Of a stretch of 64,000 nt of DNA, positions 27,501-39,224 are shown piece after piece. The position numbers were made by a program, and so were the translations under genes. The stretch comes from Gnetum montanum (Eukaryota > Plantae > Gnetophyta). The notes below the pieces were generated by a model, which was not told where the DNA came from, did no database searches, and was given only the letters and a program-made list of their open reading frames with translations. Where the stretch lies: positions 1 to 64,000 of the forward strand of contig MNCI01000329.1 in assembly GCA_015680685.1 (NCBI GenBank), in the 5' to 3' direction. Position 1 is the stretch's first letter, and each line of letters opens with the position of its first letter.

Positions 27501-28376
27501 GACGCAATTACGCAAGTCAAACAGGCTCTCAAACAAAAAAACACAACCCTGAGCCTTTATGACCTGCTTATGATGTCTCGAGAACACCGTGAGGCTATGG
27601 TTCGCATGCTGACATCCATATCAGTGGATGAAAGCTTGCCAGTGGAGGAGGAAGTGATACATGCTGTCATGTTTCCTTCCTAAGCTGAGCAACCTACACC
27701 TACTTCCCTGACCTTTCACGATGAGTCTATCAAAGATGATCCTGAGAAGGGTCAGGTCACAACTGAACCTATGTTCATCACCATTCGGGTCAGTCAATAC
27801 CAGATTCGGAGGGTACACGTGGATGATGGCGTAGCTACAAATGTCATCCCCTATTCCATCGTGAATAGGTTGGGTCTGGTCGACCATATCACTCCCACAG
27901 CTACGACTTGCGTAAAATCGTTCAACAGGGCATGGGTTCAAGTCAAGGGGATGGTGCATATCGAGTTTGTGGTAGGGGATCAATTCCCAATAGAGGCCAC
28001 ATTCTTAGTCATCGAGGAGATGCCGGGGTTCAACTTGATCTTAGGGAGGTCATGGTTAGCCCAGTTGAGGACAGTTTCATCACCGATACACCAAGAAATA
28101 CACTTGCCCTATGCCGGAGGGGAGGTCGTGATATGTGGAGATGAAATCACCCCCAGGACCGTCAATAACATTGAAGAAGAGCAGGGTTCGGAGATAGAAA
28201 CGACTGATGATCAGACCCATCTCCAAATCCCTCAGCAAACTGATATCAATGACGACAGTCTCGCCTGGGCCAACCTGCCATTTCCGGATGGCAGTGTAGA
28301 GGAGTCAAATCATAAGTCCCCCCACCCTTATGCAAACGTAAAGGCGATTAAGAGACAATTGCGTATTAATGGTTAA
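24597..28376 (+). pseudogene. gag: E1 gag-protease
   Basis: Retrotrans_gag motif KYNGEGDPNAHL...SLTGKALDWYRALP; Tat-type CDYHQLCGHDIDYC knuckle; protease RRVHVDDGVATNVIP...FNLILGRSWL. At least ten stops or frameshifts. Confidence 0.9.
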
Positions 28377-28603
28377 ACAATGGCTTTTGCGTGCGTCATC
28401 ATGTCTGAGCAAGTTATCATGGCCCATACTTAGCATTTTTATTTCATGGATTTTTACGTTACATTTGTTTTTAGTTTTTACGCTTGTCATTTTTTCACGC
28501 TGTTATATTTCTCGTACGCATGATATTCACATTTTTTGATCAATTTAGCATAATTACGCAAAATTGTGTACCAGTATCATTTACGCTTGCTGTATTATGT
28601 ATA

Positions 28604-28838
28604 TGGCCCGCAACGGCCTTAAACTAGCTGTGGCCCGCAACGGCCTTAAACTAGCCGTGGCCCGCAACGGCCTTAAACAAGTTACACAGAATTGTGTACT
28701 ATCATCATTCATGCTTTCTCTACATAACGCAGATGGCCCGCAATGGCCTTAAACTAGCCGCGGCCCGCAATGGCCTTAAACTATTCCCTAGTTCACGCAG
28801 AATCATATGATGGCCCGCGATGGCCTTAAACTAGCCAC
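28604..28838 (+). repeat. Tandem array GGCCCGCAACGGCCTTAAACTAGC (27-bp unit, ~6 copies)
   Basis: Units at about 28605, 28632, 28659, 28735, 28762 and 28812. Confidence 0.95.
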
Positions 28839-29020
28839 TATATTCTATCATTATAACTTAGGAAAAATCCTTAACAAATTATGCTTACACTTTACAGATA
28901 ACAACAAAAAAACAAATTAATTGACATTTGAAACAACCACCAAGTCTTATAGCCCATTCTTTCAGTCATTCATAAAACAACATTTGACTCCAAATCAATA
29001 AAATTATGCGTAAACCACAA

Positions 29021-32000
29021 TTATGCATCTCCTCTACTGCTACTCTCACCAGCATCTCTTAAGTCCAGATCTAGCCCTAATGGATCGTCCTCTAGTGGAC
29101 TGTCATTTCTGGGAAGTATTCTTTCACGAATAATTTCCTCTTCATGAGGTCCTTGTTCTCGTACCGGTTCCACAGGAGGACGCTCTTCATCACTGCGTTC
29201 TTCCTCTTGTACTAGTTCCTCAGCTTCCTCGTCTTCCCCATCCTCTTCTAGCACCTAAATACAAATGACATCAAATTTAGAGTAGGCAACATGGTCAAAA
29301 AATTTTAGATTTAGTCATGTATAAGCTTACTCGCGATGGCCCCACTTCCGCAGCGAAGGGAAGCTTCTCCAGGCCAGCCCACAGGCGCTTCATAATCTCT
29401 TCCTCCGTTAGATCTGACCACACATCATCTCCCAAGGAAGCTCCAGCCTTCACCTTCCCTTTCTCCACGCTAGTCCAGCGAGTTGGGTCAGGGAAGAATG
29501 TAGGGATGGTAGTCTGGCCCCCAGGGAGAGTCATCTCCCTTTCCGGGGATGCACTTACAGTCACCTGCTCTTCGAATTTCTTGAAAGCTTCTGATGCTCC
29601 GATGACGTCCAAGAAAACTTCTAGGGATTGAGCCTTGATGGTAGAATTGCGATAAAGCTTAAGGTAAGAAATGTTGTCTTGCTTATACACATGTTTGTGG
29701 TCCTTCTCCTTCTGCCCCCACTCTTGGACACATGCACAATAATCCCTCCAATCCTGGCTCTTCTGAGCTAGGAGCTCTATCTGCATCCACTGCTCTACCA
29801 ACGCTCGACTGGTTTGTACGCTGTGCTTAATGACGGTCCAATACCGAGAGTAGTCGATAACAGCAGTACGCCAGTCTTCATCCCCCATCTCCCGTGCCTG
29901 TAGGAATTCACACCGCGACCTTGGACCTCTGACCTCTTTGACCAGAGACTCCACCCTCCGCTCTGACCTCTGTAGCCTTTTCCATAAATTTTCATTTACG
30001 CCCCTACTTTCCCATAAGGAGCGTGTTAAGCATAACACACATTTATGCATTTCCTCATAAATGTGACGTGGCATGGCTGCCTCATCGGATGGCGGCTCCA
30101 TTGTGTCAAAATCAATGGGCTCCGTGGGATCCCATCGAAGGCGAGCTCCTAACAAAAAAAATCATCAATGTTGGTGGCATATTACCACTGTACAATATCA
30201 CGAACTTACAACAATCATAACCTACCAGCTCTAGGTTCGACGCACTCTAGGCGCTCGATCATGTCACTAACAATGCCTTCCATGAAGGTAAACTTGTCAG
30301 GAAAGTCTCTCCACGCTCTGCTCACGGCGACAGACGTGGATACCTACTCTTCTCCTGTAGCGTAATCAAGTTAGAAACTTTATTTATTAATAGAATCCTG
30401 CAAAATTTCTAACATACTCATTACCTCTACCGGTGACAGTGGCGACTTCGCCAACATCTTCCACCTCCTTTTCCTCTTCATGCACTTGGGCTTGTGCGTC
30501 GTTGGTTCCAGCAGTTGGGGCCTCCTCACGCACTAGGGTCTGTGCATAACTCACACTGGCAGCTGGGGCCTCTTCTTCCAAAACTGAGGCCCGTTCCCCA
30601 TGACTTACTATCATTGCCCCTATTTCAGGGGTCAGTTGCTTTGTAATTTGCACTAGTCACATTACAACACTCTTAGTATATCATTCCAAACATTCTAAAT
30701 AAACATTGCATAATAAAGTTTTCAATACATCTTCTTCACACTTACCAGGCGGAGGTTTACTCCGCTGAACCCTGACTTTCACGGTTTGACCACTCCCAGG
30801 CTCTGCAGAGGCCTTAGTTATACAAAGCCTTTTGCTCCGAGCTGTAGGTTCCACAATTTCCGCCGCTAGTCGTTTCCCCCATGAGGCATCGCCAGTGTAA
30901 GTAGGCATTATCCCACCTACACTGTCAGGGCCTCGCAGATGGGACGTCGCCAATCCTTTGGTCGTTATAGACAGTGACTCCCCGATCCCTTCTGGTGGAT
31001 CTTGCCCACGGGTAGTGCCAAGGATATGGGTAATCCAAGGTTTGGATAGCTGGTTTTGGTCTTGCTGCACCCAGAACTCATTCCTTTGGACGACCAGAAA
31101 CTCCGCAAAACACCCAAGGCAAGCTATGAAGAAGGCGTAATGCACATTGAAATGAGACTCAAGCTTCTTGCGAAGCTTGATCATCTCATTGCGCAGTCCC
31201 TTAGTGAAATAGCTTGCCCAATTGAACTGGGTCCCCTCTTCCAGAACCTCCTGCATAATACGGGTCTGTTCTATAGAAAAGAACTTCCCTTGTGAGAGCA
31301 TTTTGGGGAAGGTCCGGGCCCGAAAAAGGGGATAAATTGTCTTGGCGACGCCCATTTTGAATCTTTCGCAAGGAAACCCTTTAGCCTCCTTCGGGACTCT
31401 TACCCACTCCTCCAGCCACCTCTGGAAGTTGAGGCTCCTCTTCACCTTCTCATTTATGGGAAGGTCATCAGAGGGGATGCCAAATAGGTCTTCGAAGAGC
31501 TGAGCATCAATGTCAAAACTTACATGTACGTGATGCATGCGCGTGCAAAAATGATCTGCTTTTTCGTTGAAGGAGTTGACCAGGGTTAGCATTTCACTGG
31601 AGGGGACATCAGGAGTCGCAGCTAAAAATAGATGCATTAGCCCCACTGCTCGGATCTTGCTGGTCACTGCAACTGGGGCCACCGAGTGGTTGAGCCAGCG
31701 CTGTGCGTCCTTGATGTCGCCGTAGCGGAAGAGGACGGTATTCACCTCGCGGCCGGAAATTGTAAGGGTAATCTCTCGGGATTCCCTGACTAAACAATGT
31801 ACACCACAGGTCAAACAAAACACTATCACACAATATTTACAAATTCACAACTACACTACACAATAATCAACTATACAACAGCCTTACTAGGTCCAAATGG
31901 CAAGGGAAATGATGGAAGGTTCCTCTGCATGTCCTCAATGGTAAGGGGCGTATCTAAGGTCCAGTCATCATGTAGCCACCCGAGCCTTTGGCAATTCTCA

Positions 32001-32580
32001 AAAGCCTCAGCATAGCGGGTGGGGTACTCACGCATGTCGAAGCTGATCTGCCCTACAACACCAGCGCGCACGTTGCTAGTTGAGGTAAACGCCATTATTG
32101 CCGTTTCGGTCCATGATAACGTATCTCCATCTCCAAGTAACCTATTTTCACAAATAAAAAAACCTGTACCATACCACATAGGCTTACCTTATCTTATACT
32201 TTGTAAAACACAGATAATTGACATATAAGAACAATACAGTTAACAAAATTTGTTTACCCGCCTGGGTAGTACACTGTGCCTTGTGGGTTCTGGAGGTAGG
32301 TCGAGACATGGCGAACCATGAACAACATGTTATATGCATGATAACAGCTGAAATGGGCCATTTCCCAGATCCAATTTAAGCACCTTAAACCTTAGGCGCT
32401 GGGTTCTTAGTCCTCAGGATAACCAATATCAATGGCTTCATCTGTCAGGAAGGCCAGAATCCCTTATGCAGAACCCACCAGCAGGTGCTCCAGAATGGCA
32501 CCGGCGATATCACCGGACAAATCAGACCACACAATGACGCTGTAGTTGCGCAGTAAGAGCTGCAGAAACTCCAACTGTAG
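29021..32580 (-). pseudogene. E1 antisense multi-exon accessory gene: NIF/FCP1-like HAD pseudo-phosphatase + PMD-like + acidic/coiled-coil
   Basis: Exons >32580-32258, 32163-31888, 31789-30746, 30652-30425, 30354-30226, 30148-29331, 29254-29021. Six GT-AG introns of 94, 98, 93, 70, 77 and 76 nt. Introns 2-6 are phase-compatible. Exons 2-7 contain one internal TAG (30344-30346). Confidence 0.85.
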
Positions 32581-34588
32581 AACGGTCCACCCAAGTGCTA
32601 AGCTAGGAGTTGTCAAAGATGTTTAGGATGGACTAAATAGTTTGGAAACTTTTCTAACTGTGAGGCTTGCTATGCTACACTACGCTGCATAGCGTAGCAG
32701 GCCATGTGGTGTTAAAACTGTTGCAAGTATTAGATCAGATGCAAAATATATAGTTGGCAGATATTTGGTTTTCAAAGATGCCTGCCCTACTTCATCCTTG
32801 AAGTGTGATTAGAAAATTTCATCAAAAATCACCTCGGTCTAAGTGCTACACTGTGCTATGCTACATAGTGTAGCACAATGTAGTAGGGGCCTAGCATGAA
32901 AAAATATTTTCTGAAATTGTCTTGACAGGGAAAACACAAATGCCCATGCTTCAACCATGAAAAATGCTTATTCTACTGCCACCTTATAATATCACTAAGA
33001 TCCCATGACAAAAAACTTGCAAAGTAAGTCAAAATTTAAGTAAAACTAGGTGCTATGCTATGCTATGCTACATAGCATAGCACAACGTAGCTGGGTGATA
33101 ATGCAAGAAGATCGTCTATCAAGTTGTTCTAACAAAAGAATTGCACTTGGTCATTCTTCAACCTCCAAGACTACATGTCCCACTTCGCCCCCAAATCCCA
33201 ATCAAAGTCTCCTAACAAAACATTGCAAATTTTGATTCAAATTCATTCTAAACTAACTGCTACACTGTGCTACACTGCATAGCGTAGCACAACGTAGGAA
33301 GGACCTAAAAGATAAAAGGTGCCCTAGGGATGAAACCAAGTATCAGGCTCTTTTAACATGAAAAGTGTAATGGTTGATTGCTAAAATAGATTACCTTGCT
33401 AGGCCTTGAATGGGTCTTTTCAATTTTTCAGCAAGATTTGTCTTAAAGGTGGCTATTACGGTATGCTATGCTATGTAGCGTAGCATAGTGCAGCAAGCGG
33501 GTATTTATGCTACTTCACTATGCTGAACAATGTAAGTAGCGTAACACTTGAAAATAAGTTGTAGGACATCTCTAGAAGCTCCAGGACTCATCATCGATGA
33601 TCATTTCTTCCCCAACATCTCCTTGATAGCTAACATCAATAGTTTTCCTTGTTGCATCCCTTGTTGAGTCCCAAAATTTTCTCTATGCTTGACCTTACTC
33701 ATAAGAGAGGGGAAGATGTAGTGCCAAAGTGTAAGCTTCACTTTACATTTGTCATATGAATTTTTTATAAAAATATGGTAGTCCCTTGGGAACATGCAAT
33801 CTAAATGATATGGTCATAGCTCAGCAGGTTTCACTTCTAGCCTCATTCCATTCAGCGTAGCACATCAACTCAACATCACATGTCAGCGTAGCACATCCAT
33901 GTTTTTGCCCTGTGGGGCTTAGGAGACATGATATCCAAGCCACATCTCTCTCCCACTCTTGGCTCTACAAATACCCGAGCAAACAACATTCTGGGGGTTG
34001 GCTTTTGGTAGTAAGCTTTGACGAAGAGATTGGTAAATAGAAGGTTGATAAACAACAAATCCCAGTAGTAGCACTTCCTAGATCTCTCTTCAACCTAACA
34101 TAGCAGCTCTTAGCCCAGCAAGCATTGGCTCATTAGTTCCTATTAGCATCCCATTCGTAGTAGTCCAAGAGCTATAACCATATTGTTCCATTGCTAGTTG
34201 TGCCTATCCAGTACTACATACTAGTTTAGATCCCTTGATTTTGGGGTGGTGCATTCCCTCACCTAAACTCTCATTCTATTTTTGCTATAACATCTATGTT
34301 GCATCTTTGTGTACTTGTTCATGATTATTATCCTGGTTACATACTTTGATGTGTTTCTATTGTTGTGCAACCCATGTTTTCTTCCATTTCAACCTCACCA
34401 TGTTACATCTTAAAATTACTGTTTGCATATAGTTATTGTACACCACGTAAGTCCTTGACTGATTAACTAGACCATTCAGGGCACCCCATTTCCATTTTCT
34501 CCAGCATGACCCTTGCATGGATCTAGGGTTAGGCTATATTCCTAATACCCTCTTTGTGTTCCAGCCATCAACGTTTTTAGATGTCATA
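32581..34588 (+). repeat. 5' LTR of E2 (first ~300 bp missing)
   Basis: Match to the 3' LTR begins only at ACGGTCC (32582 vs 62641). Ends GATGTCATA before the PBS. Confidence 0.8.
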
Positions 34589-34593
34589 GTTTT

Positions 34594-34610
34594 TGGTACT
34601 AGAAAGAGGG
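34594..34610 (+). promoter_or_regulatory. PBS tRNA-Asn (E2)
   Basis: TGGTACTAGAAAGAGGG. Confidence 0.85.
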
Positions 34611-34784
34611 CCTAAACCTTTGTGTCTCTTTAGTGTGTCATGGGTAATCCTACATGTTGTCCATACCTCTTCACCAGTAGCCTGTTAGTGTAGACGTGAC
34701 ACCCCTATGGTTGTCTATGCAATAGGTGGTGCATATTGGTCACCATGATGGTTCCTTTGGAACCCTATAGGATGAAAGCCCTAA

Positions 34785-35065
34785 ATTGTCTACTGTGTTA
34801 CACTGCCTGTCTACTGCATTATGCTACCTATGTCATATGTAGCATAGCGACCTTATCAGTGTAGCGATTCTCAAACTATCTATTGTGTTACACTACCTAT
34901 CTACTATGTTACATTACCTCTGTCCTATGTAGCGTAGCAACCTTGTCAGTGTAGTGGTTCCAAAACTTTCTACTATGTTACACTACCTATATACTATGTT
35001 ACACTGCCTATGTTCTATGTAGTGCAGTGGCCCTATCAGCATAGTAGTTTCTCTTAGTGTAGCAA
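34785..35065 (+). repeat. Three ~91-bp tandem repeats in the E2 5' leader
   Basis: Repeated TCTACTGTGTTACACTGCCT...ATGTAGCATAGCGACCTTATCAGTGTAG. Confidence 0.85.
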
Positions 35066-35232
35066 GAGTAACAACGAAGAAACCTAGATTTTTAGTATTT
35101 TTAAATGCCCCCAAGTTCAGTCTATTTTCTCTATAGCTTTAGACCTTAACCATTTAACATAAAATGTACTATTTTTAACTATTTCTTACATGTATATTTT
35201 CCTTTTATTTTCAGCTTTTTCATATCAGAAAA

Positions 35233-38200
35233 ATGAATCCTGCTACCACTTCGGTTCCTACCGTGAGTTTGGAGGTGTCTCAGTTTGTTCCACACATGAT
35301 GGATCTTGAGAGACCACCTAGCCTAATGCAAGTATCGTGGTAGTCTCTTAGATTGTAGCATCAATTTCCCGAACGTCTGACTTAAGATGAAGAGCGATAT
35401 AACTTTTTATGTGTAAAATCCAAGCAAATCTACCATTGGACTATCATGAATTTGAGGAAAAATGTAACTTTAAGATCATTCATTAGAACAAAATGGAGTT
35501 CATTCCTATGTTTGATACCACTATCCCACTCATCGACACATGTCAATGGATTTTAAACCACCTTGTCCAATTAACTAGGTCAAGAGAATAGCACACAATG
35601 TCTCACTATGATGAACCTTTTCATGATGACCAAGATGAGTTAGACTCCCATTTTGAAGGTGGTGGCCCAATCTATGCTATGACTGTCTCTTCCACCTCTG
35701 TTGTTTGTTCACACCAATCACAATTTTTTGCCTCTTTTGCTACTTCCATGACATTGCTGCAACCTAGACCCTCTTTGCTGATGGGTAGTCATCAAATGTT
35801 GCCAACATATCAACATGCAAGCCCTTCAACCCCATTTCCCATTAACCATCCTTCCGAGTCTGTCCAAGCCCTGCATCCAACGTCTATGATGCCCACACTA
35901 CCATACGTGCACATCATGCCCACATCACAATCCCATGTAAGTTCTATTTCTATCCCCTCCTCTATACCCATTCCACCATTAGTAGCAAGCCCAACTTCAA
36001 CTACATGCTGGACAACAACGACCTCTTTTCCTGTGGCTCAAATGTCTCACATGCCACAATACACACAACCCCAAACATACCAAGTTTCACATGTAATGCA
36101 ACCAAACATGGGGCTATGGGACATCCCAAACATTGGGTAGATAACCATCCCCATAGTGCCATTGATGCTAGCCACTCCAGTGGCATTGCCCACTAGGTTG
36201 TGGGCTACTCAAACAACACCACTAGCAAGAGCTGTTTCGCCAACATCCTCAATGGGACTCGTAGCCTCACCAATAGTGCCAGTAGTAATGGTTGTTCCAG
36301 TAGCTTCACAACCTCCTATAACACCCTTGAGTCTATACCAAGCCTTTCAACTCATCTAGACACTCATCGTAAAAATTAAATGGCTCAAAGCTGCTAGTTC
36401 TAAAACCATTCAAGTCATGGACTTCTACCAAGATGACCTAATTAGTCTAATTTTTCCCATGCATATGTTGCCCCTTGGGGTACAACTTCCCCAGTTTACA
36501 AAATAAAATGGGAAAGGTGATCTAAATGCCCACCTAGTCACTTTCAAATCTGAATCCTTGTTACTATAACTATGGACCCATACCATGATTCATGTTTTTT
36601 CCATGTCCTTGATAGGCAAGGCCTTAGACTGGTACCGCGCACTTCCTTGCACTTATATCTCAACATTAGAAGAATTGCTAAGCTAGTTCATGACTTGTTT
36701 TAAGTATAACTTGAAGTTGGAAGTCAGTTTATATCAACTCATGAAAATTAAACAAGAACCATTAGAATCCATACAAAAATTCATACAATGTTGTAGTGCT
36801 ACCCTAAATGAAATAGATGAACTAATTACCAAGGCCCATTTGCTAGCTATTTTCAAAGGAGTAGTAGACGATTTTATCAAATCCAAACTATATTATTTGG
36901 CTCTGCATTCCCTTAGCCAAGCATTTGCTCAAACTAAAAGCATTCAAGATGCGATGAAGGCTACTAGAGATCTAGCCTACTTAGCCTATAAAAACACACA
37001 TACAAAGGAAGATAAGGAGAAAGGGAAGGCCACAACAACCATGGTGGCCACTGTGGCTAATGAGATCAAGTCCAACAATAGCAAACAGATAGCCACAACA
37101 CCTAAGCCTCCACTAACACAACACTCGGCCCCAGTAGCACTAGTTAGCCCCCAACATTAACACCCATAGTGCAAACTCTACCAAGGCCAAATTTTGAGTA
37201 CAAAGATCACTCAAAATATACCCTGTTACCAATTAAGCCTTTGGAGCTTCTAAGTCAATTGCTAGGAGCTAGGCATATCCAACATACATGGATGTTAGAG
37301 CAGGCCCTTAAGCATCACGAAAGGTACTGTGAAGTCCTTCTAGACCCCTCCTTGGCTATGCCTAATGAACCACCAGTACCCAGGAACTTCAGGCTAGAGC
37401 ATTTTTGTGATTATCATCAATTATGTTGCATGATATAGATTATTTCTTAGCATTGAAAGATGATATCCAACGAATGATCCATCAAGGTAAGTTGGTCTTG
37501 GATGAGAGCAGTCTTGTCCAACGTGAAAACCAATCAATGAATGTTTACATAGATCCTTTGAATGCTACCAATCTAGGTTACACTATTGATGTCATTGGCA
37601 TTGATGATGACACAAAATCACAACATGAATCATTCATGGTTCATGAAACCCCTTGCAATGCTAAAGCTTCAACAACAACTAGGTCAAAAACCCCTTTTGT
37701 TGTTAGGGTCTCTCCATAGACATCTGATGCACCTTTTTTACTTAAAATTACATCGCATCCCACTGCAAAAAAGCTTATTAAAACTATCATCCTATAATTC
37801 AAAAAAGCTTATTATCCAACCCAAAGTCACTCCCCCTTGGGAGATTTGTCTTCTAGGGCACAGAGAAGAAGAAAAAGTTAGCAAACAATTAGACAGTGGG
37901 AAAGACTTCCTAAATGCACTTTCATAGGTTAAATAGGCTTTGAAACAAAAGAACACAACATTAAGATTGTATGACTTAATAATGACCTCTACGGTGCATT
38001 GTGAGGCTTTTTTTTTGCATGTTAGCATCTATTTCTATTAGTGAAAACATTTCAACTAAAGAGAAAGCTATCCACACCATTATGCTTCCCTTTGTGGCTA
38101 AAGAATTGTGGCCAGTCCATTTAACATTTCATGACAAATCCATCAAAGATGATCCTAAAAATGGTCAAGTGACTACCACCTCAATGTTTATCATAATTCG

Positions 38201-38819
38201 GATATGTCAGTATAAGATTTGTAGAGTACACGTTGATGACGGGGCTGCCACCAATGTGATACCATTCCCCATAGTGGACAAGTTGGGCATGATGGATCAA
38301 ATCAAGCCCATAGCAACCTCATATTTAAAATCATTCAATGGGGCATGTGTCATGGTCAAGGGGACTATTACCATCAACTTCATAGTAGGGGACCATTTTT
38401 CCACTAGTGTAGTATTTATTTTGGTAGAAGAGATGCCCGAGTTTAACCTGATCTTGGGAAGATCATGGTTAGCCCAACTAAGAGTTGTCTCCTCACCCAT
38501 ACACCAAGAGATCTACTTACCCTACATGAGTGGAGAGGTGGTGATCTTTGTTAATGAAGTAGCTCCTCAAGCCATAAATAATATAGAGGTGGAGAAAGGA
38601 TCAGAGATAGAAATATCTGAAAACAAATCATCCATTCATGTTGAAATTCCATTTTTGACAAATGAGCCATCCAAAACTGTCAACTTAAATAAAGAAACCA
38701 TGTGGGCCGAATTTCCCTTCCAAACAATAGATGATAGCATAGAGGAATACCACCACAAGGCCTCCTGATCATATGCCTTGCTTAACCCACTTCAGATTAG
38801 GAAACAATTGCATGGTTAA
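35233..38819 (+). pseudogene. gag: E2 gag-protease
   Basis: Homologous to E1: SLIGKALDWYRALP, FCDYHQLC, CRVHVDDGAATNVIP, FNLILGRSWL. Ends RKQLHG*. Confidence 0.9.
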
Positions 38820-38854
38820 AGTTTGTCTCTACTACTGGCATTAGTTAAAGTGAT

Positions 38855-39075
38855 TATAGCCCAGAATGGCCTTAAACTATTACCACAGCCCACTAAGGCC
38901 TAAAACTAGCAACACCACTTTCGAAAAGCACCTTACACATAGCCAAAAATGGAATTAAAATACCAAAATGGCTTGCTAAGGCCTAAAATTAGCAACCCCA
39001 CTTTCGCATATTACTTCACATATGACCCAAAATGACCTAAAACTAGCAATGGCCCAAAATGGCCTTAGACTAGAG
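38855..39075 (+). repeat. GGCCTTAAACTAGC-type array after E2 protease
   Basis: About six degenerate units. Confidence 0.85.
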
Positions 39076-39224
39076 CATGGGGGCCCACAAGGGGCTCCAG
39101 TACACCAACAAACACATTAACCAAAAGGAATAAAACAAGTGTTTTACTTTTCATTATATATAAGTCCATACTTAGAATACATAACAACAAGCATTTCATT
39201 TCAAAGAAAAAATTTGCCAATGGG

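Larger units (their letters stand above)
22806..32580 (+). mobile_element. Tat/Ogre-like Gypsy element E1, 3'-truncated (no RT/INT or 3' LTR here)
   Basis: LTR starts TGAAACACC. tRNA-Asn PBS, gag-protease, then the antisense cassette. Confidence 0.85.

Noticed and set aside
32258-32309. ATG 32309 (MSRPTSRTH...) as the true start of the antisense gene
   Set aside because: It splices in frame to exon 2 in this copy, but comparison with E2 shows amino-acid conservation and synonymous changes in the other frame (HVSTYLQNP), which extends upstream.
29021-32580. Ordinary host gene lying among transposons
   Set aside because: Homologs occupy the same position after protease in two separate elements and are bracketed by element-specific arrays.
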